DNA of 50,991 nucleotides, taken from positions 1 through 50,991 of the IMG/VR virus record IMGVR_UViG_3300017971_000079; one strand, written 5' to 3'. The first letter of the stretch is position 1; each line of letters starts with the position of its first letter. The notes under the pieces were generated by a model. That model made no database searches and had not been told where the DNA came from. It saw only the letters and a program-made list of their open reading frames with translations. The stretch comes from a virus. Lineage: Duplodnaviria > Caudoviricetes. Positions 24,184-34,483 of the stretch are shown here, in pieces. The translations under genes were made by a program, and so were the position numbers.

Positions 24184-26133
24184 TTGAAGCCCGTTCTCGT
24201 CATCGACACCGAGACGCACTTGTTCTCCCCTGGGAACATGGCGCCCAAAATCGTCTGCGCGTCGTACGCGTTCGGCGACCAGTCCGGTCTCCTGGTGACA
24301 CCCGGACAAATCGAAAACCTGTTCCGCGATGCTCTCACCGAAGCGAAGAACGGGACGCTTCTCATTGTGGGACATTACGTCGCTTATGACATGGCGTGCG
24401 TCTGCGCCAACTTCCCTGCGCTGCTCCCTCTCGTGTTCGAGGCATACGATGCGGACGGTATCACCGACACGGCGAACCGTGAGCGACTACTCGACATCGC
24501 CGAAGGGACGTTTCGGATTGCCGTCTCCGCCGATGGCGACACAACAAAAACAGAGTACTCACTTGCCGACTGCGTCAAGTACAAATTCGGCGAGCATCTG
24601 GAAAAGGAAAATACGTGGAGGCTACGATACGCCGAGCTCGACGGCGTGCCTCTCGACCAATGGCCCGAGGAGGCCAAGAGCTACGCCATCAAAGACGCGA
24701 CCTCGTGCTACCGGCTCTACCTCGCACAAGAGGAGAACAAGCGACGGCTGAACTACTACACTCCGACCGAGTTCGAAGAGTCGCGCGCGGACTTCGCGCT
24801 CAAGCTCATGACAAACCACGGCATCATCACCGACCAACCGCGCGTGCTTTCGTTTTGGAACGAAACGGTCGAGAGGATGGACGTACTCGCCGACCAACTT
24901 GTCGGATGCGGACTCGCTCGGCTGAACAAGAAAGGCAAGCAAACCACCTTGTTCAAAATCGACACGGTCGAGACCGACCGCGCGGAGCTGCCGGAAATCT
25001 CTCAAGACCTGAAACGCACCCGCCAGCTCGTGAAGGACACGTTCCCCGGCGACCCTCCGTTGACTCCGAAAGGTTCTATCTCGACCGCCGCCGAAGTGCT
25101 GAACCGGTGTCGGTCGAAAGACCTCCGCGCTTTGGTCGAGTACAAGGGTCACGAGAAAAACACCTCGACGTTTTTGTCAAAGCTCTTCCGCCCTCTCGTC
25201 CATGCCGACTTCCGAGGCATCGGCGCGGCGTCTGACCGGACGTCATGCTCGAAGCCAAATTTGCAGCAGCTCCCACGTGCGCCGGGGTTTCGCGAGTGTT
25301 TTGTGCCTCGACCGGGGAACGTGTTCTGCGCGTGCGACTTCGATACTCAAGAGATGCGGACGCTCGCGCAGTCGTGTCTCGACATCTGCGGTCGGTCGAA
25401 GTTGGCGGAGCGCTATCAAGCGGACGCATGGTTCGACCCTCACCTAGAATTCGCGGCGGGGCTTCTGGGGCTCGACGTTGCCGCCGCGAAGGCGCGCAAG
25501 GAAGTGGGGGACAAAGAGGTCAAGAACATGCGGCAGGCGGCTAAGGCCGCGAACTTCGGCTATCCCGGAGGGCTCGGACCGAACGGGTTCGTGAAGTACG
25601 CTTGCAACTCTTGGGGCCTCAAGATGTCAGAGCTTCGGGCAAAGGAACTGAAGGACGCATGGATGCATCAATGGCCCGAGATGTTCACGTACTTCGAGCA
25701 TGTGAGGAACATTGTCGGGTGGAAGCGGGAGTCGCTCGGAACGATTCAGATTCCTCAGTCCGGTTTCGTGCGGGGAGCGGTCAAGTACACCGACGCGTGC
25801 AACTCGTATTTTCAGACGTTGGCCGCGCACTGCTCGAAGCGGGCGTTGTGGGAAGTGACGAAGCGCTGTTTCGTGGAGGAGACTTCGGCACTGTACGGGT
25901 CGAGACCCGTGTGGTTTGTGCATGACGAAGTGGGGCTCGAAGTACCGGAAGAGCGGGGGTGGTTAGCGGCGATTGAAATGCCGGTGATTATGGTTGAAGC
26001 GATGAATGTGTACACGCCGCAGGTACCTAGCAACGCAAGCGCGGTGCTGATGGAGAGATGGTCAAAAGCGGCGGAAGCCGTGAAAGACGAGAAAGGGAGG
26101 TTGGTACCGTGGAGAGAAAAAACGAACTGCTAG
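24184..26133 (+). CDS. polA: Family A DNA polymerase with 3'-5' exonuclease
   Basis: IDTET, YD, YAIKDA exonuclease motifs; PNLQQLPR, CDFDTQEMR, RQAAKAANFG, VHDEV. Confidence 0.95.
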   Translation: MKPVLVIDTETHLFSPGNMAPKIVCASYAFGDQSGLLVTPGQIENLFRDALTEAKNGTLLIVGHYVAYDMACVCANFPALLPLVFEAYDADGITDTANRERLLDIAEGTFRIAVSADGDTTKTEYSLADCVKYKFGEHLEKENTWRLRYAELDGVPLDQWPEEAKSYAIKDATSCYRLYLAQEENKRRLNYYTPTEFEESRADFALKLMTNHGIITDQPRVLSFWNETVERMDVLADQLVGCGLARLNKKGKQTTLFKIDTVETDRAELPEISQDLKRTRQLVKDTFPGDPPLTPKGSISTAAEVLNRCRSKDLRALVEYKGHEKNTSTFLSKLFRPLVHADFRGIGAASDRTSCSKPNLQQLPRAPGFRECFVPRPGNVFCACDFDTQEMRTLAQSCLDICGRSKLAERYQADAWFDPHLEFAAGLLGLDVAAAKARKEVGDKEVKNMRQAAKAANFGYPGGLGPNGFVKYACNSWGLKMSELRAKELKDAWMHQWPEMFTYFEHVRNIVGWKRESLGTIQIPQSGFVRGAVKYTDACNSYFQTLAAHCSKRALWEVTKRCFVEETSALYGSRPVWFVHDEVGLEVPEERGWLAAIEMPVIMVEAMNVYTPQVPSNASAVLMERWSKAAEAVKDEKGRLVPWREKTNC

Positions 26134-26138
26134 AAGCC

Positions 26139-26399
26139 GTGGCATGCCATCGTTGCGGCGAGAGAATCGAAGAGGTCGAAATGCCCTACACGAAGGAACG
26201 CCTCTGCAAACCCTGCTTCCGTAGAGGGCTTTACTGGCGGCCGGGCGCGCCTCCTTTGGGAAACTTTGTGCAATATCCGGGATTCTTTCGTCTCGAATGC
26301 GGCACCAAAGCAGTTGCCCCCAGTCTCTCAAAGACATGGTGGCAAGCAGGTTGTGACCCCTATCGCGATGGAGAACCTACGTATGGAAGGAGTGGTTAA
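26139..26399 (+). CDS. Small Cys-containing hypothetical protein
   Basis: CHRC..CKPC; start uncertain. Confidence 0.4.
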   Translation: MACHRCGERIEEVEMPYTKERLCKPCFRRGLYWRPGAPPLGNFVQYPGFFRLECGTKAVAPSLSKTWWQAGCDPYRDGEPTYGRSG

Positions 26400-26892
26400 C
26401 GTGAACAAGGAGAACATATTTCAGGAATTGCTAAGACATATCGAAGGACATCAATGTGACCACAAAACACCGCTCAGAGCTCACTTGGCATGGGAGTCTC
26501 TGTGTGCTGGATATGGACAAAATCCTGATGACTTTTTTGAGACAATGCCAGCGGAGGGAAATCAGACTATAGAAATTTCGGATCTCACTTTCTGCTCGAT
26601 CTGTGAACACCATCTTCTCCCCTTCTGGGGTATAGCATCGATTTCCTACAAACCACAGAAATTGATTCTGGGGTTGAGCAAGGCTGGCAGAGTTCTTGAA
26701 GTATTTGCGCGACGCATCCAGATACAGGAGCGAATCAACCAGCAAGTAGCTGAATATCTCTTTGAAAAGTTATCTCCGAAATGGGTCGAAGTTGTGACTG
26801 AGGCATTCCATCTATGCATGAGCTCCCGCGGAGTAATGCAAGTGTCGGCAAAAACAAAAGTGATTCAAAGAATAGCAAGAATAGCAAAATGA
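26382..26892 (+). CDS. folE: GTP cyclohydrolase I
   Basis: SICEHHLLPF, GLSK, RRIQIQER, HLCMSSRG; start is 26382 or GTG 26401. Confidence 0.9.
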
Positions 26893-27509
26893 TAGCTTAC
26901 GCTTCTCGCACGGGAACAAAACGCAATTTGGCTGCATTGAAAGCGGCTGGATGGCGGTTGCTTGTGTCTGCCGCTGGCGTTTTGAGGACGGAAGGATTTA
27001 GATATGCATTAGACAATGGGGCATGGTCCGCATATACGCAGGGCCGTCCATTCGATGAACGACTGTTTGTTACAGCTCTACGGAGACTTGGGTCCGGAAG
27101 TGACTGGACCGTTTTGCCAGATATTGTCGCGGGAGGTCTTGCTTCGCTAGAGATGTCGTTGCGATGGATGCGGCAAGTACTGGACGAATCCGAACGAGCA
27201 TTATTGGCTGTTCAAGATGGCATGACACCAGAAGACATCAGGCCTTTTATTGGCCCACGTGTCGGGATATTCGTTGGTGGTTCTACTGAGTGGAAATTGG
27301 GCACCTTGTCGGATTGGTGTGCTTTGGGACGCGAGAAAGAATGCTGGGTTCATGTGGGGCGCGTGAATACAGTCAGACGTATTTTCTGCTGTTCAATGTA
27401 TGGTGTTACAAGTTTTGACGGAACGAGCGCGTCGCGGTACGCACTAACTCTTCCGAAACTAGACGCCGCAAATAGGCAGCTCCCATTAGTTTTTGAGGGA
27501 TTGAAATGA
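26889..27509 (+). CDS. TGT-fold, DpdA-like deazaguanine DNA transglycosylase candidate
   Basis: ALDNGAW, PDIVAG, AVQDG, FVGGSTEWK, HVGRVN, SFDGT; ATGA-coupled to folE. Confidence 0.65.
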   Translation: MIAYASRTGTKRNLAALKAAGWRLLVSAAGVLRTEGFRYALDNGAWSAYTQGRPFDERLFVTALRRLGSGSDWTVLPDIVAGGLASLEMSLRWMRQVLDESERALLAVQDGMTPEDIRPFIGPRVGIFVGGSTEWKLGTLSDWCALGREKECWVHVGRVNTVRRIFCCSMYGVTSFDGTSASRYALTLPKLDAANRQLPLVFEGLK

Positions 27510-27527
27510 AAACGGGAGGTTGGTACC

Positions 27528-27992
27528 GTGGAAGGAATCCTGATAGCCGTCGACCCCGGCCGCGTGCTCGGCGTCGCCGTGTTCCGCAACTCGATATTGT
27601 TAGACGTGGGGCTGTTGTCCGCGCCGACAATTCGCGAGCTTCACTACGGTCTGTTTCAGTTGCTCGAAGCCCACAAGCCGAACCAAGGTATCGTGGAGGT
27701 TCCGCAGGTGTATCAGCAACGACGCTGGAAGGGCGACCCGAACGACCTTATCGATGTGGCCGTTATCGCGGGTGTCGCGGGCGCCGCGCTCGCTCCGTTC
27801 TGCGAGACGTTGTTCATCAAGCCCCACGTCTGGAAAGGGTCACGACCGAAGGCGGTTGACAACGAGTACACGCTATCGAAGCTCACCGAGATGGAGCGCG
27901 AGATAGTGGACGGCGCGGGGCTGACGAAGACCAAAAGCCACAACGCCATCGACGCCATCGGTATCGGGCTATGGGCGTTGGAGAGGAGATAG
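27528..27992 (+). CDS. RuvC-like Holliday junction resolvase
   Basis: IAVDPG, IVEVP, WKG, HNAIDAIGIG. Confidence 0.8.
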   Translation: MEGILIAVDPGRVLGVAVFRNSILLDVGLLSAPTIRELHYGLFQLLEAHKPNQGIVEVPQVYQQRRWKGDPNDLIDVAVIAGVAGAALAPFCETLFIKPHVWKGSRPKAVDNEYTLSKLTEMEREIVDGAGLTKTKSHNAIDAIGIGLWALERR

Positions 27993-27994
27993 AG

Positions 27995-28183
27995 ATGTTG
28001 AGAGAAGAAGACCTCGACAAGCTCGTGAAGTATCTGGACCGGCCCCGGTCGGTCGAAGAAGTCATGGAAGAGTTTGAAATCTCCGAGAGGTCGGCGTACC
28101 GATACTTCAAGGTGCTCGAAGACCTAGGTAACCGCGTCGCAAGGTTCGGCACCTGCCCGACCCGATACCAGGTGATCCAGTGA
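27995..28183 (+). CDS. Winged-HTH protein
   Basis: SVEEVMEEFEISERSAYRYFKVLEDLG. Confidence 0.75.
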   Translation: MLREEDLDKLVKYLDRPRSVEEVMEEFEISERSAYRYFKVLEDLGNRVARFGTCPTRYQVIQ

Positions 28184-28824
28184 TTGAACCCTACTATGCC
28201 GAAAAGGACATCGTCATTTTTCACGGTGATTGTCGCGATGTGTTGCCGGAACTTGAGCCGGTTGACTGTGTGATCACGGACCCGCCTTATGGAATGAACT
28301 GCGACACAGATAATAGCCGGTTTACAAACAGAAAAGGCAGCCAAGATTCCCCCGGCGTTGGCGCGGGCGTACCGATAGTTGGCGATGACAGACCCTTTGA
28401 CCCGTCGCCTTGGCTCGAATATCCGCGCGTGGTGCTCTTTGGCTGCAATCACTTCGCGGCACGTCTGCCCGTTGGGTCTACACTCGTATGGATAAAGCGG
28501 TTTGATCCCGCGTTCGGCTCGTTCCTGTCGGACGCGGAATTAGCATGGATGAAAGGCGGGCACGGTGTCTACTGTTTCCGCGACTTGTCCATGAATGGCG
28601 AGGCCAGGCACCGCAAACACCCGACACAAAAGCCGCTGCCCTTGATGCTATGGTGCATTGAAAAGGCGGGCGGCGACGGAACAATCCTCGATCCATTCAT
28701 GGGCAGCGGCACCACGCTAGTCGCTGCGAAGGAATTAGGCCGCCGCGCTATTGGGATCGAGATCGAAGAGAAATACTGCGAGATCGCAGTCAAGCGTTTG
28801 GCGCAGGAGGTGTTGCCGCTATGA
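28180..28824 (+). CDS. DNA amino-methyltransferase (N4-C/N6-A, beta class)
   Basis: TDPPY precedes HPTQKP and LDPFMGSGTT. Confidence 0.93.
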   Translation: MIEPYYAEKDIVIFHGDCRDVLPELEPVDCVITDPPYGMNCDTDNSRFTNRKGSQDSPGVGAGVPIVGDDRPFDPSPWLEYPRVVLFGCNHFAARLPVGSTLVWIKRFDPAFGSFLSDAELAWMKGGHGVYCFRDLSMNGEARHRKHPTQKPLPLMLWCIEKAGGDGTILDPFMGSGTTLVAAKELGRRAIGIEIEEKYCEIAVKRLAQEVLPL

Positions 28825-29069
28825 ACCTCGGTCTACTGCTCATCTCGAAGCGGGTACTCATGCGGATGTACGCTTCAGAAAAATTCGCGTGCGAGGTAGG
28901 CCGCGCGCTACGGCAGCACGGACTTGACCAGGCTCCCCGAGCGGCGGCGCTGAAACACGGGGTTCGGCTTGTATCTCAGTTCGCGGAGTTCGGGGTGGTG
29001 ACACTTCACGACAAGAACGGCAACCCGAGAACGTCCGTCGTGCTCGATGACGAAGGATGCTTTTCGTGA
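28821..29069 (+). CDS. Hypothetical protein
   Basis: ATGA coupling. Confidence 0.5.
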   Translation: MNLGLLLISKRVLMRMYASEKFACEVGRALRQHGLDQAPRAAALKHGVRLVSQFAEFGVVTLHDKNGNPRTSVVLDDEGCFS

Positions 29070-29090
29070 TCAAAAAAAGGAGAACCTAAA

Positions 29091-29723
29091 ATGAACATGC
29101 CCAAAGACATCGACGTTCAAGCGGCCGCGCAGCCCGCCGCCGAAGAGGCGTCGCAGGTCTCGAGCGAGTGCCTCAAGTTCGAGGTCAACTCGAACAAGGC
29201 GCTCGAAACCGCCGTGGTCTGGATTGCGATGATAAAGAACCACTCGAAGGTACTCGAAGAAAAACGCAAGAGCTTCACCGCTCCGCTTCGCGAAGCCCTC
29301 GACCGTATCAACGCTTTCTTCAAACCAGCTTCCGAAGCACTCGCTCTTGCCGAGATGACGCTCAAGAACAAGGTCTCGAAGTACTCCATCGACGCGGCGG
29401 TCGAACGCGACAAGGTGCTCGCCGCTGTCGACCCGAACGACGGTATCGACGCGAAGCAAGCCGCGCTCGTCAAGGCCGACTCGCTACAGGTGCCGAAGTT
29501 CCCGGGGTTCTCACTGCGCGAAACCTGGCAGGGCAAGGTCACTGACAACCGAGCCCTCGTCAAGTGGGCGGTCGAGAACGGCCGTCTCGACCTGCTTGTC
29601 GCCGAACACAAGCCTCTCATCGCGCAAGCCAAGAAAGACGACCGGGACCCTGGCGTTCCCGGGTTCAAAGCGTCGAAAGTCAGAACGGTTGTCATCACCC
29701 CTCAGAAAGTGGTATTGTCCTGA
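29091..29723 (+). CDS. Phage coiled-coil hypothetical protein
   Basis: AAGGAG RBS; 210 aa. Confidence 0.7.
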   Translation: MNMPKDIDVQAAAQPAAEEASQVSSECLKFEVNSNKALETAVVWIAMIKNHSKVLEEKRKSFTAPLREALDRINAFFKPASEALALAEMTLKNKVSKYSIDAAVERDKVLAAVDPNDGIDAKQAALVKADSLQVPKFPGFSLRETWQGKVTDNRALVKWAVENGRLDLLVAEHKPLIAQAKKDDRDPGVPGFKASKVRTVVITPQKVVLS

Positions 29724-29803
29724 AAACCTTCTCTCTTCTTCCTCCCTCCGCCCGCGAGGAGATCCCCTCTGTTCTTCTCGCGGGCGGCGCTCCCCCCTCA
29801 AAC

Positions 29804-29832
29804 TTGCGGCGCTCGCTTTGGTCGAGTACAAT
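29804..29832 (+). promoter_or_regulatory. Putative sigma70 promoter of the SLT gene
   Basis: TTGCGG-N17-TACAAT, preceded by a GC-rich hairpin (ccgcccgcgag/ctcgcgggcgg, ~29748-29787). Confidence 0.55.
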
Positions 29833-29889
29833 CGGAGCAGCTACACAAGCCCGTATCAGGGCAACCAATCCAAACAAAGGAGGACCGTT

Positions 29890-30537
29890 TTGCGAAACAA
29901 CTACAAGATTTATTGGGAGACCATCTTGACGCTGATGGCGTTCGTGTTCGCAACCATGTTGCTCTACTACTCTTGCTCGGAATCCCGAGCCGAAGCGAGC
30001 GAAACGCCGAACCCGGTAGAGCGCGCTATACTTCACGTCGTGACGGTTGGCTTGCCGAAGCACAAAATCAGCCCGTGTCCCGCGCACCCTATCGCCCACA
30101 ACAAATACACCCGCCTCGAACTAGTCGCCGCCATTGAAGACGCCAGCTCAGCTTACCGAATCGACCCTTACTTTCTCGTGGCGATAGGCTTTCGCGAGAA
30201 TCGCTTCTTGCCCGAAGAGGAAGGCGCGCTTGGCGAGCGCGGAGTTTTCCAGATGATTCCCGCAGTAGCGAAGCGCGTTCGAACCGAAATGGATAATCGC
30301 TGCACACTGGACACCGTAAGAGGGTCGGCCTTTTGTACTGCCGCTTGGCTTGACCACTGGCGCTCGAAGTGTAACGGATGCTTGAAGGGCGCATTCGTTG
30401 TCTATGCCTCCGGTCAACGAGTCTGCAAGCCTTACTCAAAAAAGTTACGATGGATGGTTCAAGACCGGTTCGGAATCGCGAAAAGACTCAGGCAGGTGAC
30501 AGCTCCGTCCACGGAAGTCCTGCAAGCTCGGCTTTGA
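29890..30537 (+). CDS. Lytic transglycosylase (SLT) with N-terminal membrane anchor
   Basis: IDPYFLVAIGFREN (catalytic E), GERGVFQM; N-terminal hydrophobic helix; AAGGAGG before TTG 29890. Confidence 0.75.
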   Translation: MRNNYKIYWETILTLMAFVFATMLLYYSCSESRAEASETPNPVERAILHVVTVGLPKHKISPCPAHPIAHNKYTRLELVAAIEDASSAYRIDPYFLVAIGFRENRFLPEEEGALGERGVFQMIPAVAKRVRTEMDNRCTLDTVRGSAFCTAAWLDHWRSKCNGCLKGAFVVYASGQRVCKPYSKKLRWMVQDRFGIAKRLRQVTAPSTEVLQARL

Positions 30538-31199
30538 TTTGAAGCTCGGACATGAGCGGAAACCGATACCGAAGGTGATTCTTCACCGCGCGCCCTCGCA
30601 TCTTCTTTATCCACTTCGGCCAAAGCTCCGAACCCGGGGCAACGAGCCAATACCCTCCCATCGTTCCCGCTTCGCCCCGGAACCTCACAACGTAGGGATT
30701 CCAAGCAGCATGGCCGGCCGTCTTGTGCGCGTCGACCTGGCAACGGTTCTTTCCCCAGCTCGCGAGGTCGTCGCGTAGCAGGTCCGCGAAACCGCCGTCC
30801 GTCCCCGGCCCGACGTTCGCGTGGTCGCGGTCTCGTACGTCATTCTCCGCCGCGAGACAGGCGTACAGAATCACGCGCACGTCTTCCGCGCAACTCACCG
30901 CCAGTCTCGCCGCCAGTTCGTACAGGTCCGACCGACGAAACCCGAACTGAATACCGTCCGGCCAACCGTGACCGAACATTGAGACAGTCCAGAGGCTCGT
31001 TGCGGTTCGCCGTGTAGATGTGTTCGAGCGTTCGCTTGCGCCTGACCAACCGTGGCACGCCGGCGAGAGTCATCCCGACACACCGCTCCGCCGGGACGTT
31101 GTGAGTTCGAGCGAACGCGCGGGCCTCGGGGATGAACGCCCCGGTCGCGTCCGATTTGCCAGGAGAGTTTTTTTCGCTGTAGAGAACGAGGGTGTTCAT
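30488..31199 (-). pseudogene. Frameshifted gene, possible caspase/CHAT-like (HG...LYAC) fold
   Basis: MNTLVLY..NEPLDCL (from 31199) joins MFGHGWPDGIQ..ILYAC only with a 1-nt shift near 30980. Confidence 0.5.
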
Positions 31200-31606
31200 T
31201 TCTTTTTTTTCTTCTTGGACTTCGCCTCGTCCAACTCCGACACCTCGGACTCGACCGGCGGGTCGAGTATCTCCCAGACCTTCATCACGAGCACCGTGTT
31301 TGTGTAGCCGTCTCCGACCATCTCTTTGAGCTTGCTCACTTCGTCGGCGTCCAATCCCACCTCGTCGTTCTCGTAAATGCGCTCCGCGAGCTTGCCAAAC
31401 TTCATCTTCTGCTTCGGCGTGAAGTTCTTTTCCACGTCCACATTCGCGAGCGTGTTGATGAGGATGTCTCGCAGGGTCTGGAGCTGTCCGCGCTCGTCCT
31501 TGAACGGTGTCCCACTGAGAGAGAGCGGGCTTTGAGTGACGTCTATCTTGACCATCGGCTTGTTCCTCCTGTGCTGTCTTTTGAGTTTTCGGGAGTACCT
31601 TCCCAT
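31196..31606 (-). CDS. Hypothetical protein
   Basis: ORF in the late operon; alternative start at 31555. Confidence 0.6.
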   Translation of the reverse strand: MGRYSRKLKRQHRRNKPMVKIDVTQSPLSLSGTPFKDERGQLQTLRDILINTLANVDVEKNFTPKQKMKFGKLAERIYENDEVGLDADEVSKLKEMVGDGYTNTVLVMKVWEILDPPVESEVSELDEAKSKKKKKK

Positions 31607-31643
31607 GATTCGGAAAGGTAGCGCAACTGGCGAACAGTGTCAA

Positions 31644-31907
31644 CTAGATAGGACCGGCAATTTTTTCCGTCTCGGCTTTGAGCGCCAGAGCTTCGGCTTT
31701 TTCGATGTCGGCTTGCAAGGCCAGTTGGTCGAAGTATCCGGCACTGACTACCACGTCGACCGCCTTGATACAGCGCACGACCACTCGCCCGCCCGCGAGC
31801 TTGTGGAGAGACACCTGTCCGTAGGGAACCATCGTCCCGGTCTCGGGCTCGTCGACGTGCCCGTCCGAAGTGTGAGGAATGATTCTCATGTTTTTGTCGA
31901 GTGACAT
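31644..31907 (-). CDS. Hypothetical protein
   Basis: GAGGAG RBS, after the tail fibre gene. Confidence 0.6.
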   Translation of the reverse strand: MSLDKNMRIIPHTSDGHVDEPETGTMVPYGQVSLHKLAGGRVVVRCIKAVDVVVSAGYFDQLALQADIEKAEALALKAETEKIAGPI

Positions 31908-31919
31908 TTGGTTCTCCTC

Positions 31920-34292
31920 TTAGGTCAATGCGGCGTAGTGCCAGCCGCTATTCGTATAGTAGTACGCGCGGTACGTGTTGTCGTTTGTGTTGTGCGCGAC
32001 GAAGTGCCCACCGTTCTGCAAGCTGGCGGGCGACGGCGCCGGAGGGCTCGCCCATGCAACCCCGTAGTCGGCCGAGTAGTGCGGGATGAGAAACACGGGC
32101 TCGCGGTACGACCCCGCGCCGTCGGTCTCCGCGATGAGACCGGCGAGCAACGTCGAGTCGATTTGCATCTGCCAGTCGAGCGCCGCCCCGGCCGCGCCGC
32201 CCGCGGTAACCGGGATGTCAAAATGAACCGCGCGCGCCACACCTGCGGCGCTCCCTGTCATGATGGTTGTGGTACCTGTGGTTATGCCGCCGCCCAAGGT
32301 GAAATCACCGGCGTTGTCGATGCGCAATCTTTCGACCGGCGTGGTAGCCCCGGCAGGCGCAGTCTCGAGAGTAAACCGCGTCGGGCAGTCCCCCGCAGCC
32401 CACAAGCCATCCGCTTGACATCGGAAAACCCCCGTGAGTCTATTCGCCGCGCCATCATGTCCATAGAATGAAAATGTCCCAAGGTTATCATTGTTTTGGA
32501 TCAAACCGCCGGCGCGATTTTTTTGTAAGTTGAAACTGGCGCCTATGCCATTGTTTTCATTTTGCGTGTAGTAGAGTCCGTCTTCGGGCCAAACCCGCAA
32601 GCAGTTGGTGCTGCCAGGGCCGTACGAATGAATGACTAATGCCGACTTGTCGTCACTGATCAACCGCAAACACCCGCCGCCGCTCCAGTTCGAGCCGTCG
32701 CATTCGATGGTCTGGATGTAGTTGGTGGTCGCGCCGCTTGGCGACTGCTTCAGGCTGACCAGCGAGGCCGTCTCATTCGTCGCCGACTCATGAACAATCC
32801 GCGCATCGCCGTTCAACGAAATCCCGACAACCGAGTTCAATGTTTTGTTGGTCAGCGTCTGCGAATCCGAGGTACCAACCACCGAACCCGTGACCCCGTG
32901 AGCGCTGGACGCTCCAATATGTGTATCAATTTGCGCGTGAGTATTCGAGCCTATCGAGCTCAAGCTCGTGTGGTCAACCGTTCCTCCGCCCGCCGCGTTC
33001 GAGTGGTCGTGGTTCGCGTTTGTGAAATCAGAAATTGACGGCGACACCGCGAACGTCGCCGCGCCGTCGAAGTACGCATGGTCATCGAACTCGCTCTTGC
33101 CGTTGACATAGAAGATAGGTGCATGGTCGGGCGTACCCCCCACTCCGATTTTGACTTCACCTACGTCGTTGATTCGCGCGCGTTCGGTATCCGATGTCTT
33201 GAAGATGATGTCCTTACCAAACAAGTTCAAGTCATTTACGGAATTCAGCTCAAGAAACAAATTGCCGATAATCTGCATGTCTTCGAGCTGAGACGTGACC
33301 GTGATTTTGTTGGAGTCACTTCGAGTCAGTCGGAAGTAATCGGTGCCATTGTTGATGAAGAACCCGTCCGCCGAACCCGTGCACGAGGCTAGGTCGACGA
33401 TGAAAGAGTTAGTACCTGAGAGTCCCCACTCCGCATCACCTGCGTCAACGGTCACGGTCTGCCCGCCCTCGTACGCTTGGTTGAGTGTGACCCCGTGGGG
33501 ATTTGCGTTGTCCCCGATATGGGTATCGATTTGTGCGTGAGTGTTCGAGCCTATCGAGCTCAAGCTCGTGTGGTCAACCGTTCCTCCTCCCGCCGCGTTC
33601 GAGTGGTCGTGGTTCGCGTTCGTGAAATCGCCAATCGTTGGAACGTTCAAGGTCTTGCTCGCAAGCGTTTGAGTCGCCGAAGCAAACACGAACTCGTCGT
33701 CTCCGCCGGGGTCATTGATGTTCAATGCACGCGCGCCCGCAGGATTCGCCCACGTCAAAATGTAATCGGCGGTCGACTGGTCGAGAGTGAGCTGCGTCTG
33801 CAAAATCGGAGAGACCAACGTCTTGCTCGATAACGATTGCGTCCCGCCCGTTCCGACGATATTTCCCGTGACCCCGTGGGCGCTCGAAGCCCCGATATGG
33901 GAATCGATTTGCGCGTGAGTGTTCGTCCCGGCGCCGCTCAGGTTTTGGTGAGCGATAACGTCGGACCCGCCCGATTCGTGTGATGCCGCATGTGCGTCCG
34001 GCGTCGCCACCATCCACGCGAGCTTCACCCCGGCGTCGCCATCGGTAACGGCTTGAAGCCGCTTGCCGATGTCGCCAACGGCCGCAGACGGAGGCGTGAA
34101 CGTCGCCCACGTCGGAGTCGTGTCAACGAGTCGCCAGAACGAACCGTCGTCGGTCTGTTTCGCGAGCTTGTCGACGTGCCTCGCTTCGAGGCTCGTGTCG
34201 GCTTTGCGCGCCGCTTGGTTCGCGTACACGATGTCGTGCGCGATATGAATCGAGCCGACGGTTTCGGTATCGTGGTATTGAGTTGTCGTCAT
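31920..34292 (-). CDS. Tail fibre / receptor-binding protein
   Basis: 790 aa, G/S/T-rich; [18 protein letters not shown] and His-rich repeats. Confidence 0.8.
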   Translation of the reverse strand: MTTTQYHDTETVGSIHIAHDIVYANQAARKADTSLEARHVDKLAKQTDDGSFWRLVDTTPTWATFTPPSAAVGDIGKRLQAVTDGDAGVKLAWMVATPDAHAASHESGGSDVIAHQNLSGAGTNTHAQIDSHIGASSAHGVTGNIVGTGGTQSLSSKTLVSPILQTQLTLDQSTADYILTWANPAGARALNINDPGGDDEFVFASATQTLASKTLNVPTIGDFTNANHDHSNAAGGGTVDHTSLSSIGSNTHAQIDTHIGDNANPHGVTLNQAYEGGQTVTVDAGDAEWGLSGTNSFIVDLASCTGSADGFFINNGTDYFRLTRSDSNKITVTSQLEDMQIIGNLFLELNSVNDLNLFGKDIIFKTSDTERARINDVGEVKIGVGGTPDHAPIFYVNGKSEFDDHAYFDGAATFAVSPSISDFTNANHDHSNAAGGGTVDHTSLSSIGSNTHAQIDTHIGASSAHGVTGSVVGTSDSQTLTNKTLNSVVGISLNGDARIVHESATNETASLVSLKQSPSGATTNYIQTIECDGSNWSGGGCLRLISDDKSALVIHSYGPGSTNCLRVWPEDGLYYTQNENNGIGASFNLQKNRAGGLIQNNDNLGTFSFYGHDGAANRLTGVFRCQADGLWAAGDCPTRFTLETAPAGATTPVERLRIDNAGDFTLGGGITTGTTTIMTGSAAGVARAVHFDIPVTAGGAAGAALDWQMQIDSTLLAGLIAETDGAGSYREPVFLIPHYSADYGVAWASPPAPSPASLQNGGHFVAHNTNDNTYRAYYYTNSGWHYAALT
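32914..33629 (-). repeat. Internal ~116-nt duplication in the tail fibre gene (32914-33029 and 33514-33629)
   Basis: Both copies encode [39 protein letters not shown]. Confidence 0.9.
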
Positions 34293-34483
34293 TAGTCAAA
34301 GCTCCTCGACAGCAGATACGCGCCCGTTGCGCGGTCTACTAACAAGAGGTTTGTGTTTCTGCTCATCAAGTACTCGTTCTCCGGTCGATACGGTTTCACG
34401 CCTCCGTCGATGAGCACCTCCTCGAACGCTTCGAGTCCGTCGATGACCAGCTCCTCGTAAGGAGGCGTGACGCGCTTGACCAT
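34292..34483 (-). CDS. Hypothetical protein
   Basis: Coupled ORF in the tail module. Confidence 0.55.
   Translation of the reverse strand: MVKRVTPPYEELVIDGLEAFEEVLIDGGVKPYRPENEYLMSRNTNLLLVDRATGAYLLSRSFD

Noticed and set aside
8276-30537. Integrase or partition module
   Set aside because: No tyrosine/serine recombinase or ParA motifs recognised; lifestyle unresolved.
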